From an uncultured delta proteobacterium (GTDB taxonomy: Bacteria > Myxococcota_A > Polyangia > Polyangiales > Polyangiaceae), in assembly GCA_963696385.1 (NCBI GenBank), contig CAVOKF010000006.1, forward strand, positions 256,001 through 320,000: a stretch of 64,000 bases of DNA, given 5' to 3'. The notes beneath the pieces are model-generated. The model did no database searches, had not been told where the DNA came from, and was given only the letters and a program-made list of their open reading frames with translations. A program made the position numbers and the translations under genes. This document shows, one piece after another, positions 20,069-31,331 of the stretch. Position 1 is the stretch's first letter; the number at the start of each line of letters is the position of its first letter.

Positions 20069-21484
20069 TCACTGCAGCGCGCTCACGAGGGCTGCGACGC
20101 TCTTCTTGGCGTCGCCGAACAGCATCAGCGTATTTTCGTTGTAGCAAATCGGGTTGTCCACTCCCGCGTACCCGGCGCTCAGTCCGCGCTTGAGCATGAT
20201 CACCTTAGCGGCTTTCCACGCTTCGAGGACCGGCATCCCGTAGATCGGGCTCGACGGATCGGACAGAGCACTCGGGTTCACGATGTCGTTTGCGCCGATG
20301 ATCATCACGACGTCGGTCGACGAGAAATCTTCGTTGATCTCATCCATCTCCTTGACGATGTCGTAGGGAACGTTGGCTTCTGCCAAGAGCACGTTCATGT
20401 GGCCCGGCAGGCGCCCGGCGACCGGATGGATCGCATAGCGAACCTGCACGCCGCGCTGGGCGAGAATCACCGTCAACTCGCGCACCGGGTGCTGCGCTTG
20501 CGCTACGGCCATTCCGTAGCCGGGCACCACCACGACTGTCCTCGCCGCACGCAGCAGATCGACGACCTGATCAACACTCGCCTCGTGCACGGGCAGCGCG
20601 GCCCCCGTTGCCGGCGGCGCGCCGGCGGCCGGCGCCGCCCCGAATCCGCCGAATACGACGTTCCAGATCGAACGGTTCATCGCGCGGCACATGATGGTGC
20701 TGAGAATCGCGCCGCTCGAGCCGACCAGCGCACCGGTGATGATGAGCAAGTCGTTCGAGAGCATGAAGCCCGCCGCGGCGGCCGCCCAACCGGAGTAGCT
20801 ATTGAGCAGGGAAACGACGACCGGCATGTCCCCGCCTCCGATCGCGGCTACGAGATGGATGCCGAGCAACGACGCGATGAGCGCGATGACGACCAGCGAT
20901 GCGATCCCTTCGGGCGCAGGCGCACGCAAAAACGCGACGCCGAGCCCGGCGCATGCGGCGAGCAGCACGGCGTTGATCGCGTGGCGTCCGGGCACGAGCA
21001 GCGGCCTGCTGCCGAACGTGCCGCGCAGCTTGCCGAACGCCACGACCGATCCGGTGAACGTCACGGCGCCGATGAACACCCCGGCGACGACCTCGAGATC
21101 GCGCACCGGGTCGGTTTCGCGGTTCGGCTCGAGGTAGTTCGCAATGCCCACGAGGACGGCGGCGGCTCCGACGAAGCTGTGCAGGGCGGCGACGAGTTCG
21201 GGCATGGACGTCATCGCGACGCGCGCCGCGAGCAGCGCACCGACCATCGTGCCGACGCCGATGGTGCCCACGAGCAGCGCGATGCCCGAGGTCGTCGTGA
21301 CGCTTGGACCGGATGGCGTCGGCGAGAACAAGGCCGCGATCGTCATGGCGACGGCGAGCAGCATGCCCACCATCCCGTAGACGTTGCCGCGCCGGGCCGT
21401 ACCCTGGCTCGACAGCCCGCGCAGGCTGAGGATGAACAGCAGCGCGGCGCCTATGTACGCCAGTCGTTGCAACGACGAGAGCAT
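20069..21484 (-). CDS. pntB: NAD(P) transhydrogenase subunit beta
   Basis: Motifs MPELVAALHSFVG, GGGDMPVV, PGYGMAVA, HPVAGRLPGHMNVLLAEA. Confidence 0.96.
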   Translation of the reverse strand: MLSSLQRLAYIGAALLFILSLRGLSSQGTARRGNVYGMVGMLLAVAMTIAALFSPTPSGPSVTTTSGIALLVGTIGVGTMVGALLAARVAMTSMPELVAALHSFVGAAAVLVGIANYLEPNRETDPVRDLEVVAGVFIGAVTFTGSVVAFGKLRGTFGSRPLLVPGRHAINAVLLAACAGLGVAFLRAPAPEGIASLVVIALIASLLGIHLVAAIGGGDMPVVVSLLNSYSGWAAAAAGFMLSNDLLIITGALVGSSGAILSTIMCRAMNRSIWNVVFGGFGAAPAAGAPPATGAALPVHEASVDQVVDLLRAARTVVVVPGYGMAVAQAQHPVRELTVILAQRGVQVRYAIHPVAGRLPGHMNVLLAEANVPYDIVKEMDEINEDFSSTDVVMIIGANDIVNPSALSDPSSPIYGMPVLEAWKAAKVIMLKRGLSAGYAGVDNPICYNENTLMLFGDAKKSVAALVSALQ

Positions 21485-21489
21485 CGATG

Positions 21490-23037
21490 TCACCGGTGAA
21501 ACATTCGCAGCATACGCCGCGTCACGAGAAACCCCCCAGCGACGTTGATGGACGCGAGCAGGATGGCGAGTGCGGCGAGCGCCGTCGGCGCGGCGAGGCC
21601 GCCGGACCGCAGCAGCACCAAGGCGCCGACGAGAATGATGCCGCTGATGGCGTTGGTGACGCTCATGAGAGGCGTGTGAAGGGCGGGCGTGACGTTCCAG
21701 ACGACGTGCCAGCCGACCACGCACGCAAGAAGGAAAACGGTCAGGTGCTCGAGGAACTCACCCTGAGCGAACAAGCCGGCGACGAGCAGGGACGCGCACA
21801 CCGAGCCCACGAAGACGGCCCCGGTCCGACCGGCCCGCGAGTCCGGATGCACGGCCTGCGGCGTGGCCGCGGGCGGTGGCTTTACCGAGCGAGGCGGGGG
21901 CCGAGTCGGCGGAGGCCAGAGCAGTGTGCCCTTGTCGAGGACAACGACGCCGCGATGGATCTCGTCGTCGAGGTCGAGCGCAATGTTCGCCTTGTCGGCG
22001 TCGTAGACGTCGGCCAAAAGGTTGTAGACCGTCGTTCCGTAGAGATCGCTCGCTTGGCGTGCCATTCGGCTCGCGAAATCGGTGAGCCCGATGACTTTCA
22101 CCCCGAACCTCTCGACGATCTTGTCGCGTTCCGTAAGGGCGCAGTTTCCCCCCTGTTCGGCCGCCAGATCGACGATCACCGAGCCGCGGCGCATGCTGAC
22201 CACCGCTCCCGAGGTAATCAAGAGCGGAGCCGGGCGTCCGGGGACGACCGCGGTCGACACGATGATGTCGACGTCCTTCGCATGCTGCGCGATCAACGCT
22301 TGCTCGGCGGCGATGAACTCGGGGCTCATCTCCCTCGCGTAACCGCCTACGCCCTCACCGGATTCGGGAAACTCCAAAGGCAGAAATGTGGCGCCGAGGC
22401 TTTGCACCTGTTCGCGCACGCTCGGGCGCGTGTCGAAGGCGCGGACGACGGCACCGAGACTGCGTGCGCACGCCACCGCCGACAACCCCGCGACTCCTGC
22501 CCCGATGACCAGCACTTGGGCTGGTTTCACCCGACCGGCAGCGGTCGTCTGTCCGGACAAGAACATTCCGAAGTGGGCCGCGGCCTCAATCACGGCGCGG
22601 TATCCGACGATGTTCGCGAACACGCTGAGGGCGTCCATGCTCTGCGCGCGCGATATGCGCGGCATCACATCCATGGCCAGCACGGTCGCGCCGCGCGCGG
22701 CCAGCATTTCCACGAGCTCCGCATTCTGCCCGGGCCAGACGAAGCCGATGAGGCACGCCCCCTGCTTGAGCAGGACCGTCTCGTGACGTCCATCTTGGCC
22801 CATCTGGGGCGGGCGCACCTTGAGGACCACGTCCGCATCGCGATAGAGCGCTTCGGCGTCGGCGACGACGGTCGCCCCGACCTCCGCGTACTGGGCGTCG
22901 AGCGACTCCGAGGCCTCTCCGGCGCCCGACTGCACGATGACGTCGAGACCGAGCCGGGCGATCTTCGCGACGGTCACGGGCGTCGCGGCGACGCGTCGCT
23001 CGCCCGCGGCGATTTCCTTGGGGATGCCGACTTTCAT
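21490..23037 (-). CDS. pntA: NAD(P) transhydrogenase subunit alpha (unsplit)
   Basis: Motifs [37 protein letters not shown]. Confidence 0.96.
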   Translation of the reverse strand: MKVGIPKEIAAGERRVAATPVTVAKIARLGLDVIVQSGAGEASESLDAQYAEVGATVVADAEALYRDADVVLKVRPPQMGQDGRHETVLLKQGACLIGFVWPGQNAELVEMLAARGATVLAMDVMPRISRAQSMDALSVFANIVGYRAVIEAAAHFGMFLSGQTTAAGRVKPAQVLVIGAGVAGLSAVACARSLGAVVRAFDTRPSVREQVQSLGATFLPLEFPESGEGVGGYAREMSPEFIAAEQALIAQHAKDVDIIVSTAVVPGRPAPLLITSGAVVSMRRGSVIVDLAAEQGGNCALTERDKIVERFGVKVIGLTDFASRMARQASDLYGTTVYNLLADVYDADKANIALDLDDEIHRGVVVLDKGTLLWPPPTRPPPRSVKPPPAATPQAVHPDSRAGRTGAVFVGSVCASLLVAGLFAQGEFLEHLTVFLLACVVGWHVVWNVTPALHTPLMSVTNAISGIILVGALVLLRSGGLAAPTALAALAILLASINVAGGFLVTRRMLRMFHR

Positions 23038-23320
23038 GGCCGAACGCGCTGTCAGCAAATGGCCCGGAGACCGGCTCCGCGTCAATCGCTTCTCGCTCGG
23101 CGGCAGGGCGGGCGCCTGAGACGGGCCGGACCGGGGTCCGAGTGGCAAATTCCAGCCATACGCTAGCCATGCCCTTTCGGCTGGGCGATTTTTCGAACAG
23201 CAGGAGAAGAATCGCGCGAGCGGCGGCTCGTCGTCCCCTTACGTTGTAGACTGATGGGTGCGGTCCGGATCCCGATCGCCGCCGTCCAGCGCGGCCGAGA
23301 GGCGAGAGGCGAGAGGCAAG

Positions 23321-25807
23321 ATGAAGACGACGAAGACACTCGCGGCTTTCGCTGCGACGCTTGTGGCAGTCGCGTGCGGCAGTCAGAACTCCGAGGCGCC
23401 GCCCGATGGCGGAAGCCCCGCTGCATCCTCGAACGCGAGCAGTGTGGCGACAGGGTCAGCGAGCACGGGTACGGGCTCCGGGGCTTCGACGTCCACGGTT
23501 GGCACGAGTACGGGCGGCAGCGGCGGTTCTTCGGCTGCAATGAGCACGGGCGGTAGCACCAGCGGCGCGACGGGATCGGGCACGAGCTCCACCGGAACCG
23601 CCGGCATGGGCACCGGCACCGGCACCGGTACCGGCACGGGTGAGGGCGGCACGGTCGGCAACCCGCCCGCGGCCCTGCCCAATCGAGTGCGGACGATCAT
23701 TCCCTTCGACACGGCCTGGCTGTTCAACTACGGCAACGCGACCGGTGCCCAGGCAACGGCATTTGCCGACACCACGTGGCGGACGGTGAACGTCCCGCAC
23801 GACTGGGCCATCGAGGGGTCGAGTCCGCCCGCCAACCCGTTCTCGCAGACGGCTGCGACCACGGGTCGTGGGGCCTACGTGTCGTCGGGAGTTTCCTGGT
23901 ACCGAAAGCATTTCACGCTGCCGCAAACCCTGTCGGGCGACAAGGTCTACATCGAGTTCGACGGGGTCATGGAAAATGCGACCGTCTACATCAACGGGAC
24001 CGCGCTCGGCGAGCATCCGTACGGGTACACGAGCTACCGCTACGACATGACGTCGGGCGTCACCTTCGGAACGACGGACAACGTGCTTGCGGTCGAGACC
24101 GATACGACGCTGCAGCCCGCCGAACGGTTCTACGCAGGGGCCGGAATCTACCGCCACGCCCGCATCCTCGTGACCAATCCGGTTCACGTCGATCAGTATG
24201 CGACGTTCGTCACCACGCCCACGCCCACGACCGCATCGGCGACGGTCAACGTGACGACCTCTGTGGTCAATTCCGGCACGACGTCCCAAAGCGTGACCGT
24301 CCAGGGCATCGTCAGCGGCCCCACGGGGACGGCGCTGCCCGCCGTCACGACGGCTGCTCAAACCATTGCGGCCGGAGCGTCGGCGACCTTCACGTTCACC
24401 GTTCCTGTCACGAGCCCCCAACTCTGGAGCCTCGCGACGCCGAACATGTACTCCTTGTTGACCAACGTCCAAGTCGGCGGGACCACCGTGGACGACGACG
24501 TGACGCCGTTCGGGATCCGGGAGATCCTCTTCGACGCGGGGCTCACCATCAATGGGCAGGTCACGAAACTCCAAGGCGTCGCCAACCACCAGGACTATCA
24601 CGCGCTCGGCGTGGCCGCGCCGCAGCGAGCCATCCAGCGACGCCTGGCACAGCTCAAGGCTCTCGGAGTCAATGCCATCCGCACCGCTCACAATCCGCCC
24701 AACCCGGATTTCCTCGATCTGACCGATCGCATGGGCATTCTCGTCCTCGACGAATTTGCCGACGTCTGGACCGGGCATAAGTACTCCGACGTGGGCGACT
24801 ACGCGGCGTACTTCCTGAAGACCGCGACCGCGCCCACGGGGATGCCGGCCGTGCCCGGGGTTGCCACCGGTGCCACGTGGTGGGAGGTCGACTTCACGGG
24901 CTGGATCATGCGCGATCGCAACCACCCGAGTGTAGTCGCGTACAGCATGGGCAACGAAATTCGCGATGCCATCGGTACGCGGACGCCCATCCTGACCGAA
25001 ATGGCCTCGATCGCGCATACCCTGAATCCTCCCGGCAAGATTACCCAGGCGCTTTTCAACCCGGCCACCGCCGGCGACGTCGGCGGAGCCACGAACACGC
25101 TCCTCGATGTCTGGGGCGACAACTACGACGTGGCCAGTTGCTTGAAGGCCGAGACGAGCGCTCCGACCAAGTCGAGCATGATCACCGAAGACGGCAGCAC
25201 CAATGGCGACTGGGCCAGCGTGAAGTCCAACGCCGCACTGACGGGCGAATTCATCTGGACGGGGGTCGACTACCTGGGCGAGGCCAATGGATCGTGGCCC
25301 GTCATAGGAAACCAAGATGATCTCGCTCCGGTGCAGGAAGGGGGAGCGTTGATGGACGAACTCGGCAACATCTACCCGAACGGAACCAAGTGGCAGGGCA
25401 CCTGGGGCGTGACGGCCAGCGCGAAGCCGGCCGCCGGAACGACCGCGTCGCAGATCGTTCTCACGGCGGATCACGCCACACTGACGACGGACGTCAACGA
25501 CATTTCGTTCATCCGGGCCGCGATTTCCGATGCTTCCGGCGCCGTCGTCACGAGCTCGGCCACGCCGGTGACGTTCGCCATCACGGGTCCGGGCACCATC
25601 GTCGGCGTCGACAGCGCGAGCATGACCCAGGAGACGTTCCGGGGCAATGTGCGCAATGCCTACCAGGGGCTGGCGTACGCTCTGGTTCAGGCCACCGGCG
25701 CGGGCACCATCACGGTGACGGCTTCGGCGACGGGGCTCACCGGCGGCACGGCGACCGTGATGGCGACCGTGGGGACGTTCGTCCCCTGCTCCGGCACCTG
25801 CAACTGA
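23321..25807 (+). CDS. GH2 beta-galactosidase-like lipoprotein
   Basis: Lipobox VAVAC and Gly/Ser/Thr linker. Motifs VPHDWAIE, WYRKHF, HPYGYTS, NAIRTAHNP, DRNHPSVVAYSMGNE, WTGVDYLGE. Confidence 0.92.
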   Translation: MKTTKTLAAFAATLVAVACGSQNSEAPPDGGSPAASSNASSVATGSASTGTGSGASTSTVGTSTGGSGGSSAAMSTGGSTSGATGSGTSSTGTAGMGTGTGTGTGTGEGGTVGNPPAALPNRVRTIIPFDTAWLFNYGNATGAQATAFADTTWRTVNVPHDWAIEGSSPPANPFSQTAATTGRGAYVSSGVSWYRKHFTLPQTLSGDKVYIEFDGVMENATVYINGTALGEHPYGYTSYRYDMTSGVTFGTTDNVLAVETDTTLQPAERFYAGAGIYRHARILVTNPVHVDQYATFVTTPTPTTASATVNVTTSVVNSGTTSQSVTVQGIVSGPTGTALPAVTTAAQTIAAGASATFTFTVPVTSPQLWSLATPNMYSLLTNVQVGGTTVDDDVTPFGIREILFDAGLTINGQVTKLQGVANHQDYHALGVAAPQRAIQRRLAQLKALGVNAIRTAHNPPNPDFLDLTDRMGILVLDEFADVWTGHKYSDVGDYAAYFLKTATAPTGMPAVPGVATGATWWEVDFTGWIMRDRNHPSVVAYSMGNEIRDAIGTRTPILTEMASIAHTLNPPGKITQALFNPATAGDVGGATNTLLDVWGDNYDVASCLKAETSAPTKSSMITEDGSTNGDWASVKSNAALTGEFIWTGVDYLGEANGSWPVIGNQDDLAPVQEGGALMDELGNIYPNGTKWQGTWGVTASAKPAAGTTASQIVLTADHATLTTDVNDISFIRAAISDASGAVVTSSATPVTFAITGPGTIVGVDSASMTQETFRGNVRNAYQGLAYALVQATGAGTITVTASATGLTGGTATVMATVGTFVPCSGTCN

Positions 25808-25887
25808 GCGGGGCTATCCGGCACGATTTTCAACGGACACGGCAAGTCGGGTATCGTCCGCTTCTCCACGCGAGGAAGGGACCCACC

Positions 25888-26415
25888 ATGCACAGGCTCG
25901 GAGCGACAATTACGATCGCGGCGCTCGGGATATCGGTCGTCATCGGGTGCAAATCGGGCAGCGCCGGCGGCGGCGCGACCGGGAATGCGAGTGCCGCATC
26001 GGCAAGCGGTGGGGGACCCGAGAAACCGGCGGTCGCTTCCGGTGCCGTCGCGTCCGGCGGTCCGAGCGCCATGAGCGTCTGCCGTCAGCTCGAACGAGCG
26101 GGAATCGCCACCGGGTGCGCGCGGAAGGATGCGCCGAACTCGAACGTTGCGCCCGCGAGCTCGGCCGGCGATCGAGCCAGCTTCACCATTCCTACCGTCA
26201 TCTATCGGGGGATGTACGCGACCGGGTTGGTGGCGCGATTCCCGGACGACCAAATGTTCGGATTCATGACCCGCGTGGCAAAGGCAGACCCGAAGATGTC
26301 GCGCTACCCGATCTTGGAGTCGGAGAAGGCCCGCGTTCTCGTCTACCTCGTGTCGGATGGATCGATTCCGGACGAGATCCAAGCCAAAGCGAGGGCCGTC
26401 GTCCAAGGGCTCTAA
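25888..26415 (+). CDS. Hypothetical lipoprotein
   Basis: GAGGAAGG RBS and lipobox VVIGC. Confidence 0.7.
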   Translation: MHRLGATITIAALGISVVIGCKSGSAGGGATGNASAASASGGGPEKPAVASGAVASGGPSAMSVCRQLERAGIATGCARKDAPNSNVAPASSAGDRASFTIPTVIYRGMYATGLVARFPDDQMFGFMTRVAKADPKMSRYPILESEKARVLVYLVSDGSIPDEIQAKARAVVQGL

Positions 26416-26513
26416 CTAACCCGATAAACGGTGCCCAGCTGCGCTGGGTCCTAATTTTCGGGAAGTTCGTTGCCGGCTTGGGAAGGTGGCGGGGCGTTCG
26501 GGCCGCGGCCGAA

Positions 26514-29063
26514 TCATCGCGCGCCGAGGAGGATCTCGGCGCGTAACGCGTTCAGCGTGGCGGGCGACCCCACGAAGATCTCCCCCGGGGAATGCCTGAA
26601 TGCGAGAATGTTCCGGTAGATCTCGGCGCGTTGATCGAGGTTCATGCCGAGCCCAGCGAGGTATTGCAGATGCAGGTTGTCGTCGCGGTTGATTTCGGCG
26701 TCCTGGAGCCACGGTGCGAGGTCGGAGCCGCGACCGCCGTACGTGGAGAGCAGCAGGACCGCGGACCCCAACCCGATCTGTCGCAGCGATTTCAACACCG
26801 GCGCAAAGGCCGCGCTCTCCAGGCGGTTTTCCATCGCGTCCACGTCGATCCGAATGGGCTCGGCCTGCCCTAGGAGAACGAGGTCGTAGCCTTGTCCTTC
26901 GATCGTGTTGCCGAGGATGATCGCGTCTGGAAACGCTTGGAAAAACGTCGCAAGCTCGCTCTTTACCGCCGCCATGCCGCTGTCGTAAAGCTGCACGAAT
27001 ACGGTCACCGCACCGCCGGGATTGAGGTGCCGCTTGGCGATCTCCCAAAATTCGCGCGTATAGAGATTGGCCGTGCCCTTGACCCAGGGGTCGAACGGGT
27101 CCGAAGTGATGGCATCGAACCGATCCTTGGTCGTCGTCAGAAAATGACGAGCGTCGTCCACTTCGACGTGAACCTTGGGATTGTCGATCACGTTGAAGTT
27201 GTACTCGCCGAAGTATTTGGCCACGACAGCGGGGACGAGCGGTTCGATCTCCGCGATCGTCAAGCGTTCGACGCGCGGATCGAGGCTTGCGGCGCCCGCC
27301 GTCACCCCGGCCCCGCATGCGATGACCAGCACGTTGTGCGGATTGTCGGGCACCAACGTGGTCAAATGCCCGAGCATGCGCTGAAGCCGCATGTCCTGAG
27401 GGAGGCTGGACGCCTGAATTTTCCCGGCATTGTAGTAGCTTATCGTTCCATGGATATCCCGCGAAACAGCCGGGGATGAATTCATCCCTTCTCCCACGTA
27501 AAGAAACGTCTCTCCAATGTTCCGTTCGGCCGCCGAAAGGCGGCCGTGGGCGACGAGCAACGGGGGAACCGCGATGACGTTGCGTCCGAGCGTGGCCGTC
27601 ACCTCGAGGATGGCCAATGTCCAGATGGCATCGCGCGTCGTGAACCGCGGCGCTGCAGGACCGGGCGTAAGCGCGGGAATCAAGGTGATGGCGGCGGCCG
27701 TCGCCGAGAGCGCCATCAGAATCCGCTCGCTGTCTCGGGTCCCGACCGCGGCGATGAGGACCAGGCTCGTGCCGAGCGCGCCGACGATGGCCCCCACCGT
27801 GTTCGCCGCGTAGACGCGGCCTACGACGCCGCCGCCATCGGCTCCCTTGGACGCGACCGCCGCAAGCGCCAGTGGAAAGCTGGCGCCCCAGAGGCAGGTC
27901 GCGGGCAGAATGGCCCAAAGGCAGCGGACGAAGTCGATTTGAAATTGAGGCCACGGGCCGACCGCGAGCCGCGGATTGACGGGCCAGTACGGCAGGGAGC
28001 TCGTGATGTTCCACGACGTCCAGGCGATCGCCAGGACGAGTGCGAGTTGCACGAAACCGAGGGCACGCCGCGGATCCAGCAGCCGGCGCGCCATGAACGA
28101 GCCGAAGGCGCTGCCGAGCCCGATCCCAGTCAGGAAGACCGCAAGGATGATCGAAAACGTGTACGTCGTGCCGCTCAAGAGCAGCCCGAAGAGCCGTGTC
28201 CAGATCACCTCCGCCCCGAGAGCGCTCATCCCCGACAGCCCGATCGCGAGATGAATGATCCAAGCGGGTGACCTTGGGGGGCAGGAGCCCCGAGCCACGG
28301 GGTCGGGTCTCGCGTCGGCTAGCGAGACTCCGGGGTGGATGTGCGCGAGCGCAAACGCCCCGGCCGCAACCGCGGTGTTCAAGGCAACGGCAACGAACGT
28401 CGTTCGGTGCATGTCGTACACTCGGAGAAGGTAGAAGCCCGCCAGCAGACAGCCGAACACCGCGCCGAGCGTGTTGCCGCCGTACAAGTACCCAAGTCGC
28501 GAGACGCCCCGCGGAGTCATTTCCACCCAGCGGGAGACGGCGGGCAGCGTGGCCCCCATCATGACCGTCGGAGGCAGCAGACACATCGCCGCCAAGAGGC
28601 CGCGCAGCATTTGCCCGACCGCGGAAGGACCCCCGACCGCCGTGTAGACCACCCGGACCAGCGGAACGGCGCCCAGCATGAGGAGTCCGCAAATGCCGAT
28701 CGAGATTTCCAAAACGCCGTAGACGCGCAAAGGGTGCCACCGGCGTGCGACGAAGCGCGAAAGCGCAAGACTGCCCGCGCACATCCCGCCCATGAAGGTG
28801 CCGAGGAGCACTCCGATCGAGACCGCCGAAGAGCCGAGGACGAGTTCGAGCATCTGAAACCAGACGATTTCGTAGATCAGCGCCGCACAGCCGCTGGCCA
28901 CGAAGAGCGCGAAGAGGAGCGACAGGGCGCGGTCGTCCGCGCCGCTGCGGCCCGCAGCCGACGGCGCGCGGCGGCCCCGTCCCGAGCGGATTTGCGATGC
29001 GGCAAGCGCCGCAATCGCCACGGCCAGCAGAAGCTCGAGCCAGCCGACGGGTCCCTCGCCCAC
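26514..29063 (-). CDS. Fused MFS-like membrane domain / spermidine synthase-like methyltransferase
   Basis: Duplicated TM motifs SGCAALIYEIVW / SGMSALGAEVIWTR; SAM-fold motifs IACGAGVT, EIEP, DDAR, ITSDP. Confidence 0.88.
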   Translation of the reverse strand: MGEGPVGWLELLLAVAIAALAASQIRSGRGRRAPSAAGRSGADDRALSLLFALFVASGCAALIYEIVWFQMLELVLGSSAVSIGVLLGTFMGGMCAGSLALSRFVARRWHPLRVYGVLEISIGICGLLMLGAVPLVRVVYTAVGGPSAVGQMLRGLLAAMCLLPPTVMMGATLPAVSRWVEMTPRGVSRLGYLYGGNTLGAVFGCLLAGFYLLRVYDMHRTTFVAVALNTAVAAGAFALAHIHPGVSLADARPDPVARGSCPPRSPAWIIHLAIGLSGMSALGAEVIWTRLFGLLLSGTTYTFSIILAVFLTGIGLGSAFGSFMARRLLDPRRALGFVQLALVLAIAWTSWNITSSLPYWPVNPRLAVGPWPQFQIDFVRCLWAILPATCLWGASFPLALAAVASKGADGGGVVGRVYAANTVGAIVGALGTSLVLIAAVGTRDSERILMALSATAAAITLIPALTPGPAAPRFTTRDAIWTLAILEVTATLGRNVIAVPPLLVAHGRLSAAERNIGETFLYVGEGMNSSPAVSRDIHGTISYYNAGKIQASSLPQDMRLQRMLGHLTTLVPDNPHNVLVIACGAGVTAGAASLDPRVERLTIAEIEPLVPAVVAKYFGEYNFNVIDNPKVHVEVDDARHFLTTTKDRFDAITSDPFDPWVKGTANLYTREFWEIAKRHLNPGGAVTVFVQLYDSGMAAVKSELATFFQAFPDAIILGNTIEGQGYDLVLLGQAEPIRIDVDAMENRLESAAFAPVLKSLRQIGLGSAVLLLSTYGGRGSDLAPWLQDAEINRDDNLHLQYLAGLGMNLDQRAEIYRNILAFRHSPGEIFVGSPATLNALRAEILLGAR

Positions 29064-29098
29064 TCATCTAACCTCGGCCTCGACCCCGAGGCCTTCTC

Positions 29099-31058
29099 TC
29101 AGTTCCAGGGCGGCATCGCATAGGGCGTCGTCGGCGAGATGCCGTCGTACCGGTGCAGCTGCGTGACGTACGACTCGTCGAGCCAGGACTGCAAGGTCGC
29201 AATCTGGCATGCGGTGAGCGCTGCGTGGGGGGGCGTCGTGGCGCTAGGCATCTTGTCGCACATCGAACACGAGGGGGGATCGGCCTCTTGCATGACTGCC
29301 ATCACCACTTGAAAGCGGAACGGGGTCGGCGTCTCGGGACAAGACGAGGCGTGAGCGGTTCCTGTAATCCAATCGTAGGCGTGGTTTTTTCCTCCCTCCA
29401 CCAGGGTCGACTCGTCGTCCAGCACATGGCAGCCGCCGTTGCTGGCATTGGCTGTCCCCGTTTTTCCGCAGGAGGTGTTCAGGAAGCTCTGTACGTCGGC
29501 CTGGAAGCTCACCGGCGATGGCAGTGTGCAACCGGCGGGTACCACCACGGCGGCGTCCATACCGGGCGTCGTTCCGCCTTGCGATCCCGCGGCCGGCCCC
29601 GTCGTCGTTCCGGTCGTGGTCCCCGTCGTCGCGACGGTGGTCGTACCCGTGGTGGTAGTCGTGGTGGTCGTGGTGCTCGTGGTGGTCGTGGTGCTCGTGG
29701 TGGTCGCCGACGGGGTCCTGGCGCACCGGAAGCCGAGGTTGACCGCTCGGTAGGACGGGTCCACATCGAAGCGGTCCGGGGGAAGGAGCTCGGTCGCGTC
29801 GTTGAGCAGGTCACCGCGCATGACCCGATTGGAAGCCGTCGTCAAGTAGGCGCAATCGGTGCATGTCGCGTAGGTCGCGTACCAATCCAGATTCCACTCA
29901 AACACTTCCCCCTCGAGATCGAGCTGGCCCCACAGTCCGGCTCCGAGCGTTGGAGTCCCCACGGGGGCGATGTTCGTTACGCCCGTACAGGACACCGCCG
30001 TGCCGGTCGGATAGTAACATTCGCTCTCGCCATCACCGTAAATCGCGTACTGGTTTCCCAACCCTGGATCGGTCGATCCCCAGGGATATTCTCGCTGCTG
30101 GCTGCCTCCTGCCGCGGCGTATTCCCATTCCGCTTCGCTCGGCAAGAAGCCCCCGTCCCAGATGCAGAACGCGTATGCCTCGTACCAATCGACGCAGTTG
30201 ACGGGCAGGTTCTCGTCGGGGCCCGCCGAGGTCGTCCACGTCGCGTAGTCCGGGTCGCAGGCCAGGTTCGTGTTCCATGAGAATCGCCGCCCCGGACCCG
30301 GTCGCGATGTCCGGCAGCTCGGTGATGGAGTCGGCGAGTGCGTTCCAGTCGGTCGCGTTCCAACCCGTCTCGTAGGTCCCCGGGCTGCCGCTGTTGGCCA
30401 GTCCGCGGCCCGCGTTCAAATGCGTGTGAATGCCGCTGCCGTTCGCCGGCGGCGCGCCCGACGCGCTCGTCAGGTAGTTCACGTATTGCCGAAACCGTCC
30501 GACCGTCACCAGGTATTTGTCCAGGCGAAACGCGCTCACAGTGGCTGGATCGGCCAGGCCCGTCGCTCCGGCTCCGCTGTTCGTGTACGTTCGGTCGAAC
30601 GTTCCGCCTGTCACCGGCAAGCTCGTGCAGCAGCTCTCGCTGCCACTGCCGCCCGCCCCACAGTTGGTCACGCCCGCGGTACCCGTTGCGCAGTTCGGCC
30701 TCGACACCGTCGCGGCCGAGCCCGTCGAAGCCGCCGCACCGCTATCGCCAAGTCCCGTGCTGGCGGAACCGCCGCCGGTCGAACCCGTGTCGGCCGAGTC
30801 GCTGGCGGTCAATCGCGCATCGGCCGCGCCGCTGCCCATCGCTTCCGTGCCGGCCGCGCCACTTTCGGCAGGCCCCGTAGTGGCCGGCCCCGGGTTGGAC
30901 GAGCCCGTCGGTGAGCCGCCCGCCTGCGCGGCTACGGCGGTCGCGTCCGTCCCGGCGTCCATGACACTGGCTCCCGTCGGACTCGAACAGCTCGCAAGAC
31001 CCCCTACGGCGACGATCAGCGTCGTCATGGCCGACAGCATCCCCCTCGTGTCGTTCAT
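29099..31058 (-). CDS. FGE-sulfatase (SUMF1-family) lipoprotein with C-terminal cytochrome-c-like module; frameshift near 30281
   Basis: GGAGG RBS and lipobox LASC. FRLDKYLVTVGRF is in one frame; SWNTNLAC..LPVNCVDWYEAYAFCIWDGGFLPSEAEWE..GFRCAR continues in another. Confidence 0.82.
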
Positions 31059-31331
31059 CGCGCTACCTCCCAATAGGCACGGCCGGTCGTCGCGAGTCCC
31101 TGCTCGGGCGGAGTGGTTGGGGACACGACCTGCGGCTCGAGCCATTCGCCTGACGCGCGCAACTTCCACCGATTGCCGGGCCGTCGTCAAGAGCCGAGGC
31201 TTTCGCGCTCCAATCGCGATGCTTCACGGCGCCCGATTCGCGGGCGCGCGGTCTTTACGGCGCCCGATTCGCGGCGTGGTCGAAGAATGGGCGCGAGCGG
31301 ACCCGAACTCGTCGCAAAAATCCCGGCGCGG

